44,144 nt of DNA, taken from contig NIVC01003671.1 in NCBI GenBank assembly GCA_002269645.1, positions 1 through 44,144 of the forward strand. The letters run 5' to 3'. How positions within the stretch are numbered: the first letter of the stretch is position 1; each line of letters opens with the position of its first letter. The position numbers and the translations under genes were made by a program. This document shows positions 35,036-44,144 of this stretch, one piece after another. The stretch comes from Macrostomum lignano. Lineage: Eukaryota. The notes under the pieces are model-generated. The model had not been told where the DNA came from. It ran no database searches and saw only the letters and a program-made list of their open reading frames with translations.

Positions 35036-38029
35036 TTTTAGTTTTTAATGCTTTTTATTTTGATGCGGTGGGAGTCGTTTATTCAGGTAAAAAATACGAT
35101 ATCGCTCTGATTATTATTAAATCGGAGATACACTACTGTCCTGAGAAATCAAAGAATGCAGAATGCAGAAAGCCATTACACAGTCTAAGAACAGAATTTT
35201 AGAGTTCATATAAAAAAGGAAAATTCTATTTGCCGCTACCTTTCCGCTTTATCTAACAAGAAGCAATTTTTACATTAAAATTCTAAAAACCTCATTTTAA
35301 AAATTTTAAGAGGTTGCTAAAGTAGAAAAAGTTTTGTTTAAAATTTTCAACCTAATTGTGCTAACTCTGATAAATAATCGAAGGAAAGTTTCCTTTCTTC
35401 CTTATAGGTTGGATTTTTGTAGCAGTTGGAGATAAAGGCCAAATCCGATTGACTACTGCTCTTTTTCAAAAGCATTTGTTGCCAGTTCTTGAATCATATT
35501 TACAGTTTTTGTCGGTTTTTCACAGACTTCTGAAGTGTTGTCGGGATAAAGCCGAAAAGGTGTTTATGAAATTTGGCCTGCATTTTTGTTTTATAAATAT
35601 TAATTTATATTAATTGCTCCTGCCTGCTTTCTTCTCTGTGCTTATAGAATTACAACCTAATTGCAAGTATATTTGTTAAATCGGGTTAATATTATATTTC
35701 TAATGACGCAATGGCTTTAAAGTCATTCGGCGTGACAAGTATATAAGTGTCGACAGTAGACTCGACAGTACTGTAGACTCACAAATCTTCTCTTCTTTAC
35801 TACTTGCAAAACGGACTGAACGCACGAAATTTGAGCTTGACCTGAATGTCTACATCATAGATATATGTTTTTAGCTATTTTGGGATGGGATCTCAAAGTT
35901 CGCCAATAAGTTCGTCACCAAGTTATTGGCTTGACTTGCATACAATAACAGATACATACAGATACAGTTCAGGACGAACATCTTTAGCTTCTTTCCTGTG
36001 GCTGTAACACCAACGGCGCACCGCTGTAACTTTTTGGTAAGTGCTTTCGACTTTGAGTATATTTTTAAAGAAGTATTTTGTTTTTGTACTTAAAAAATTA
36101 TCCATTTAGCTAATATAGTCATGGATAAGCAATTTCTGTTTTATTTCATTTTAGCCAGAGAGGCGAGAGGGTCCTTAAAAACTTATAAATTAAGGATCAA
36201 TTAAGCAAGTCTTAAATTTTGTTAAGATTTAGATTGTTCAATAATGCAGAATATATTTTAAATATTTTTATATTGAATTACATTGATTGTAATTGTAAAT
36301 AGCTTTATGTTTTCAATTTTCCTTAAATTGACTATAAAAGATGTAAAAGTAAAAGAAAATAAATCTGGTGTTTTGTAATATACAAATTTTAGTAGCATAG
36401 GCAGGAGACCATGGGGTGCCTGTCCCACCTGTGATATTTGATATTTGCATACTTTGTGTTAGCCAGAGCTGACATTAACATAGTTATATTTGATCCTGGG
36501 AAAATATTCAATTTAGAATTTTGATTATCCATTCTAAGTAAGTTTTACTATGCTATTTGTAGTAGCTTAACTTAGGCTTTGTGTTTAATATATAGGTACA
36601 AGGATAAACAAATTATTCATTTATAATACATAAAAATTTGCAACGATGTTTTAAAGTATAGAAGACAATTTAAGGTGTTGAAGTGTGAAGAAGTGTGTTT
36701 TACCCAAAAATTATTATGAGCATTGAAAAGTTGAGAGTTATATTTCAATTTATGTATAATGCAAGGCATTCTGTGATATATGTATGTTATCTATGTCCAT
36801 AATACCTAAATATCCTTCAATTTTATCAAGTTTTCAATTGTTAAATTTTTCCCACTTATTTTGTTTAGCTAACCTATGTATGTAGCTAGGTGTATATTCT
36901 TTATTTTATGAATTATTTTCATGATTTGGTTTTTCTTTTACATGTCTAGCAGATCTAGACATCATCATTGGAGCATTGGAGCTAAGTAAATATTTGGAAT
37001 ATCTACCAAAAATGAATAGTGGCATTGTTGATTTAGACAAAATGGAATGCCACATGGCATTGAGTTGTGGTATTGCATTTCCAGGTATAGTTTGAAACTG
37101 CAAAGATGTTTCATTGGAAGCAGCAACAAAGAATGTCATAGCTGATTGACTCAGAGTATGGAAATGCAGTTTAGGGGAGGGGGGCTAAATCAATACGATT
37201 TGGGCAGAGTTCGGTAGCTATAATATATGACTCACTTCAAGCCACAACCCTGCAACTTATGATGCAACTTGTGCCACGACATCAGCTATGAAAAATGAAA
37301 CCTATGCCCTCGCTAGGGTGTTTGTGGTTTCCCCCTCTTATCTCAACTTTAGCCTATGCACAGTGGCGCAGGTTGCGTCACTTGTGGCTTGAAGCGACTG
37401 AGAGATAAGAACTGAGAGATAAGAAGAAGTTGCGACTTTTGACTGGTGCTATACATTCAAGAAAATTGTTAGGCACATTGGTTGTATCATGTGCTTTCAC
37501 ACTAATACAGATGAACTGGTTAGCTTCTTTCTTATATGTTCAACAGCATTAAAAAGTCGCCACCTTTGAGCAGTAGATTCTAGCTCATAAGCTCAGTATT
37601 GACTCAGTAGTGATGCTCAGTAGTGACGCAACTTGCGCCAGAGTTGGGCTGGTTGAGGGGGATTGGGAATGGTGGAGGGCAAATGGATTGATTAAAGCTT
37701 CCATCCGGTTTTCATTGTTTTAAAGCATCAAAATGGTTGGCCAGGTGATGGACCCTGGTCGAAAGACACTGCTCACTGGGGGCAAAGGGTTGGCGACTTG
37801 TCAATGATGCTGAATACATGTATACAAGCAGCTGTTGAAACCCGCGGATTTTGAACCCGCTGAAGTCCAAGCCCCGGAACTACGCAGACATCTAGAATCT
37901 CTGCATACATTCTTAAATCTGAAGTCATACTCAAACAAAAAATTGTTACTAGTTAGGAAAGCGGTAAATAAAAATTGCAGTAAATTCGTGAGAAATTAGG
38001 ATTTTAAGCTTTGAAGATTCTCACCTCTC

Positions 38030-38590
38030 TCCTCCCTCCTCTCTTCTCTCTTTTCACGTCTATTTTCTCCTACTTTTTTCTCGCTCCTATCTGCTCTCTC
38101 TCTTCTTTCTCAAGTCTAATCTCAAAAATTAAATCTCTATTCTATGCTTCTATGCTCTCCTCTCCTCTCTCTTGTTTCCTCTGTTTCCTCTCTCCTTTTT
38201 TCATCTCACCCCTCTCTCCCCTCTCTCCCCCCCTCTCTCCCCTTTCTCCCCTTTCTCCCCTCTCTCCCCTTTTTCCCTCTCTCCCCTCTCTCCCTCTCTC
38301 CCCTCTCTCCCCTCCCCTCTCTCCCCCCTCTCTCCCTTTCTCCCCTTTTCCCCTTTTCTCCCCTCTCTCGCCTTTCTCCCCTCTCTCCCCTCTCTCTCCT
38401 CTCTCCCCCCTCTCTCGCCTCTCTTTTCTCTCTTCTCTTCTATCTCTTTTCTCTCTCTCTCCTTACTCCTTTCTCTTCTCTCTCCCTTCTCTCCTCCTCT
38501 CTTTACTCCTCTTATTTATTCTCTCTCTTCTTTACTCTTTTCCATTTAACCTTCTCATAAGTTTTCTCTTAGTTTTTCTGTCATCTCATG
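38030..38590. repeat. Polypyrimidine (CTCTCCC-like) low-complexity tract
   Basis: C/T-only degenerate repeat. Source of the Leu/Ser/Pro ORFs at 38011-38610. A shorter similar tract lies at ~32095-32230. Confidence 0.92.
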
Positions 38591-39055
38591 CTTCATCACC
38601 TTTTCCCTAACTATCTTTACTTTCCTTTCTAATCTGGCCCTACATCCATGAGGTGGATTCTCTATTGGGCCCTCGAGGAAAAAATGTAAGTCTTAACGAC
38701 TCTTAAGTCTCTAGAAAGTAGCAGGGTGGTTAAGCTCAAACTGGTTGTGCTTGTGCTTAGGTGCTTGGAAAGCCAGTTTGTGGAACAGAATACTCTCAAT
38801 CAGATAGTGGAAGGATAGTAGGATAGAAGGATAAGTAGGATAGTGGTTAGAATTATCTGACTACTAAACTGTCGGCATCTCCATGATAAACGGCTCTCCA
38901 CGGGGTCGCAGAAAAGGCTATGAATAAAGTAATTCCACAACACTGTACATTCACTATGTACATTGAGCCCTATCGCCTGACCCGTGGTCTGGGCTGGGGG
39001 GAATGAGTGAGCGAGAGGCACAAACAACGGAAAAAGCAGACAAACTTCACATGCT

Positions 39056-39958
39056 TAGGGATTGGGGCCAAAAATCCGGGATTTGAATCCCGGGATTTTT
39101 TTGGGAATCGAATCCCGGGATTTTTAATCCCGGGATTGCAAAAGACCGGGATCGGGATCCCGGGATTTCAAGGCCTTAATCCCGGGATTGGTCCGGGATT
39201 AGAACGACCTTTCAATGCCTAAATTAGATAATTTAAAGTCTAAACGTTTATTTGAATAATAAAACATTTATTTGTTTTTGCTGTTTCTCAATGAAACGTT
39301 AAACATTTGCAAAGCTCCTGTCCTAATTGAGCTAAAAATTGTTAATGTGAACTGTAAATTATAGATAATTTTAACTTTTTTTTCGTTTTCTACCACGAGA
39401 CGAGACTGAGGGCCTTTTCATATTGCTTGCTCTGGTTCCAGAACAAGAACCAATTTGTGAAGTATAAACTTTTTGTCTCCATAACTAGAGGGAGATACGT
39501 GCTATAAAGTTTTTATTATTGAATGACAGTCGCCAAGAAGAAAGTGAAAAATTGTGCTAAGTGAGGCTGTTAAGGCAGTCAAATATTAACAGAGTTTAAT
39601 AGTTATACTGCTGTTTTTCTTCGAATTCCGAACCGATTCTGGTTCTGGAATTGGTAATATGAAAAGGCCCTGAGACTCTGAGAGTCGCGAGACCATGACT
39701 ACTGCACGCGGCACGCCGCACAGTCCGTCTAGCAATTTAGGGATTCCAATCCCGGGATCCCGGGATCCCGGGATTGGGGCCAAAAATCCGGGATTTGAAT
39801 CCCGGGATTTTTTTGGGAATCGAATCCCGGGATTTTTAATCCCGGGATTGCAAAAGCACCGGGATTCCGGGATTTTGAATCCCGGGATTTCAACAGCATC
39901 GGGATTTCGGGACTATTCAATCCCGGGATTGTAAAATGTCGGGATTTTGGAATCCCTA
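39056..39958. mobile_element. Composite hAT-type non-autonomous element with duplicated left end
   Basis: Ends TAGGGATT.. / ..AATCCCTA with perfect 8-bp TSD CACATGCT (39048-39055, 39959-39966). A second left end at 39738 forms a perfect 12-bp TIR (TAGGGATTCCAA) with the right end. About a dozen ATCCCGGGAT-type subterminal palindromes. Confidence 0.88.
39410..39670. mobile_element. PIF/Harbinger-like MITE (261 bp) nested in the composite hAT element
   Basis: Perfect 15-bp TIR GGGCCTTTTCATATT and 3-bp TSD TGA (39407-39409, 39671-39673). Confidence 0.82.
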
Positions 39959-42900
39959 CACATGCTTGCAGTTTCTGTCTTGAATGAGTTACAAAGTTGA
40001 TACTTCACATTTAGACAGAGAAAATGAGGAGATGAAGACTTGTTAAGTTTGAAGTCAATCAGTTTACTTGGAGCAAATTTATGACAGCGGAAAGTTACTG
40101 AATTTTAGAAGCTCCTTTTCCACATCTTGCCAGATAAAGGAAGGAGAGGCGAAGGTTGGGGTGGCTCTCACGACTCACGCTGACGAAAAGCAGACTTACT
40201 TTTAAAGTGCACAGCGTCGTTGAAGATTAACTTTAGGACGGAAAATTTTACACGATTGTGTCAAAATAGTTGTAGTTGTAGATTGTGTAGATCAAATTTG
40301 AAGAGAATTGGTAAAACTGTAGCGGCGCTATGGAGGGTTTAGTGAAAAGATTCGCCTGTTGAGCAGTTTTTTTCACTATATTAGTTGAGTTGGAATCATA
40401 ATTAGATTAATTTTTATAGGAAGATCTTATTTATATTTAAATCTTTTAAATTCAGATCCACGTTGTTTCTTAACAATTTTAGATGGAATATTAATGTAGG
40501 TATAGTATCCATTTCACATATTATCGATATGCAGTCATGCAGATATGCATTAGTACGTATTCACATAGCATCTTCACATAGCAAAAATCACTGTACTTAA
40601 AGTAGGATAGTTTATGCAGGCGTTCTTTTTTATTTTTTATTTTTAAGTCCATTACGAAAACGAAGTTTTCAGTTTATTTAAAATCATATTTATTATTATG
40701 GGTAGCTGTTGAAAATCAATTGTGTGAAGTATGACGAATTGGATAACATATAACTAGTCAAAGTGGCTTCAGAAATCGACGGATTGGTTATTATTACTTT
40801 AAAGTACTGGAAAGTACTTTAAGTATTGTGGCCAAATGTTTATTAATTTAAATTATGTCAAGTCAGTCGAATTACGTAAAACGGTATTAATTCACTATCT
40901 ACATTCGATACTGTTGCAAATGGTGGGTGGGCGACAGTGGGTTTGTGTTATGCAATCGTTGGAAACCTAAAGGAGGCATTTGACTCGTCCAATTGCAGTT
41001 GCGTTATAAGCTTCTGCCAACTCATTGGCCTATGTGACGTTGCGCAACTGCTTTTGTTGTGAGCGGAATTTGGCTTGCCACTTAAGAGTGAGGTTAGGCA
41101 AAGTTATTGATTTTGATTTGCACTTTTGGAATCTATGTTGCTGCTTTTGTCAACTGTAATGTCTCCGAGTTTAACGAAAGTGGCAGACAAACGAGTAGCT
41201 GAGGGAGCAATTTAGAAAGTAAAAAAGACTTTTATTACTGCTTTTCGCCCCAGGCATCCAAGCATTGGACATTGGACCAGACATCCAAGCATTGGATTGG
41301 ATTTGCAATTTCAACGGCTCAAGAGCAGTGGCAATGGCAGTGGTCTCTGGTATTTTTTCGCGGGACCAAATTTTTTAAGGGACTCGTCACCAACGAACCA
41401 ATATTTTTGGTGTTTCAACGCAAGTTAATAGGATACAGCCGTACAGACTACTAACAGCAAATTAGGTGCTTCAGATGACTAAATTTGTTTGAGTTGCAAG
41501 AAACAGGTTAATTGATTGAACATGCTAAATTGAAGCTGAAATTTCTGTATTGAAAATAGCGAGGATAGAGCTACTAAAGAAATGACTAGGAAAGTAGGAG
41601 AAAAATTCCTGTGAAAAGAATCCAAAAATCGTTCATGAATTCGGGAAAAATGCCTCATAAATATGAGTGTTATGTGACTGATGACAGCCTGGAAAAAATA
41701 AGTAGCGGGTTTTCTTATTGCAGTCAATGGCAGTTTTTAATATTTAAGGTCTGTTAATGTAAAACAGAGATTTAAGATCGAACTGGAGAGTGGAGCAGAG
41801 GATGGCTAAAGCTGAGGAGCAAAGCTAGCTTGTGTATATTAGTGGCAACTGGCAATGCAGTTTATTCACACATATAGTAGGCTAAACTCATTAGCTAGTG
41901 CAGCGCAGCTTGGCCACTTTGGGCTATTGGTCGGGCGGAAAGTAACAAGTGAAAATTGAACTGGGCTGTGTTAAGACTTGGGTGCCCTGTAGACTAGCCG
42001 CACGCACTCAGGTAATTGCTTATTATTTGCGGGACCCGCGGCGGAGTTGGCTGTGAAACCCTGCGTATGGGCCGCGATAAGTAAAGGTCCTGGGGTGGCG
42101 GGTCTGGGCTTGGGGTGGGGCTGTTTAAAATGGGGTTGGCGCTTCTCGGGCTAGGCAGGCGGCGAGCCAGCCAGCCAGCCAGCCAGCCAGGGCCCAGTCC
42201 CGAGCCAATCCTAATAACGGCAAATTTGAAAATGCTGGCGGCGCAAACAAACCTTAATTGTGGCTGGAAATCCAACTCATTTTCTTCACCCCCCTACAGG
42301 GTGACCACCGTTATTATTATATATATATATATATATAAAACACTTCCGCTACTGCAAGCAGTAGCGTAAGTGTGTAGTTGGGGGTTAGGGCGTAGGCAGG
42401 GGCGTATGATGATAATTGTAAGGTGGTTTTGGTGTGAATAGCTCTTCGCCGTAAAGACGGTCTCTTACTGCGAAGACTCAATTTATTGCATGGTAAGACA
42501 CCGTTGATCCAATAGTGGATCAGTATTTTAGCAGCCCTATTCGGCTATCTGATAAAGTGTTAAAAAACTAGAAGCTGATAGTTGTTAGTGATATCGCGGT
42601 CCGTCTGGGGATTTAAATTTGCAGCAGCAGCAGCACAAGCTTTTGCAAAGTGAAAGAGTAATTTTTAAGGAAGAATTGAATCGGGTATAGGTAGGGTTAG
42701 CGGAGAGTTGAAAGGAAAATTTAGGAAAATTTCTAACGAGTTTAGATGCAAAATGAATTGAACACACATTGGGAATTGCGATAGCTTAATTAATCAGACT
42801 CTCTGCTTTGTTGGTTGATCGCATTCTCGTTAAAAGTAAAGGCAAAGGGTGCTGTGAAATAGTGTCCAGCGGATAAAAGGAAGAAAATTTGAAAAAAATT

Positions 42901-44144
42901 TATAGAGTCGATTTTTAACGCGTAAAGCAAGATTTTACGCGTAAAACGCATTTGCACTATTTTTGGAAATATTTTGAAAAAGTAGTGCAATTAAGGCATG
43001 GCAAGTAAATGAAGTGTAAGTGCGCAAAAAATGAGGGTTTAAAAGAGAAAAAAATAAATATTTTTTCGGTAGAGAGGGCAGTACTTGTCAGAGATGTTAG
43101 GTAAATTAGAGAATTGAAGGCGCCGCAAAATAGTAAAAATTGGTGCCTTGAAAAGTTGATGGGTTTAGTTGGGACAAAAAAAATCGTCTACGCTGTAACG
43201 TAGGCTGAAACTAGAGGAGAAAATAGGAAAAGCTAAGAGGGAAGCATTTATGTAATTTTTAGGAAAAAAGAGAACGACTCTGAAATGCTTGAGTAGAGAG
43301 TAAAAAAATATTTTTTAATTTTATTTTGCTTTTTTTGAAGCTAACAGATTATTTGTGTGGTAAAATCCGTACCAAACGCTTTGGTAGACAAGTAGCTGCA
43401 ACAGGGTGTGGCAGGTAAAATAATTATTAAAGCAAAAAAATGGCAAATTAAAAAATAAATTAAAATTTTTTTCGGCTTAAAAGCTTTCCATTTTTTCAGC
43501 GAATAAATTGTGCGTGAAATTAAAAAAGCGCCGCCTTTTTCGGCCCTTCATTAAGGAATGACAAGGACAGTTGGAATAAAGGTGGAAATTTTTAAGAGAT
43601 TTTAATCCTTCTTTATAAATTTTTAGCGGAAAAAAAAAAGAGCTATATTTATTTGAAAAGAATTAAAATATAGGCGAGGATTGATTAAAACTTTCATCAA
43701 GCTTTATAGAAGCTATATATGCTAGGGTGCCAAAATAATATAAAGCCCGTTCGTTCCCTTCCCTTATCTGGGCTTGGGCTTGGGCTGGCTGGGCTGAGCT
43801 GAAAAGTCACCCTGTAGGGGGTGAGAGCGCGCGAGTCTTGAGGTGCAGGCTGTGTAGCCAGCCAGGCTGGTCTGAATAAGGCCTGGCCTGGCTTGGCGGA
43901 GCGGCGTTAGAGTGTGGGTCTATACACAGTTGTTCTATGCACAACTCTCGAGTCTAACTGTTTAGCAGCAATGTGTGTTTGGCGGTTTAGGCGGAATCTC
44001 TGCGCTGTACCCTAGCTCTAATCAAGGCTGGCTGTGCGACACGTTAGAGACCTGCCTTCTGCCCCTTGTGTGGTTGCTAGAAATCGGCCTAAAGAGCTGC
44101 TTGAAGAAAGCAGGTTTCTTGGGCTCTGCCCAAATCGTCACTAT

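Noticed and set aside
40000-44144. Genes or rDNA in the distal AT-rich region
   Set aside because: Only short ORFs with no recognisable homology and no rRNA signature motifs. Some TE-like subterminal phrases are present but without definable ends.

Overview
Eukaryotic (animal) genomic DNA, not prokaryotic. Near-saturated GC3 exons and introns stuffed with short-unit minisatellites suggest a flatworm such as Macrostomum, but that assignment is inference only. Three protein-coding genes can be reconstructed by hand with canonical GT-AG junctions and consistent phases: (1) an achaete-scute class-B (ASCL3/4/5-like) bHLH factor on + at 12029-12643; (2) TM9SF1 on - with 3 coding exons at 20800-16651 (592 aa); (3) an EPT1/SELENOI-clade ethanolaminephosphotransferase on - with 7 exons at 35035-21923 (394 aa, no selenocysteine). 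The window has two compartments. Positions 1 to ~27.2 kb are GC-rich and carry about 20 unrelated minisatellite arrays. Positions ~27.2-44.1 kb are AT-rich and carry MITEs and DNA-transposon relics (Tc1, hAT-like, Harbinger-like, some nested). The switch lies inside EPT1 intron 1, next to a full-length tRNA-derived SINE. Almost all long ORFs in the supplied track are artefacts of the repeats. The most unusual items are a 13-copy array of splice-junction-containing (CAG|GTRAG) units in front of the ASCL-like CDS, the one-private-minisatellite-per-intron architecture, and the intragenic compositional boundary. No CRISPR, rRNA or functional tRNA was seen.
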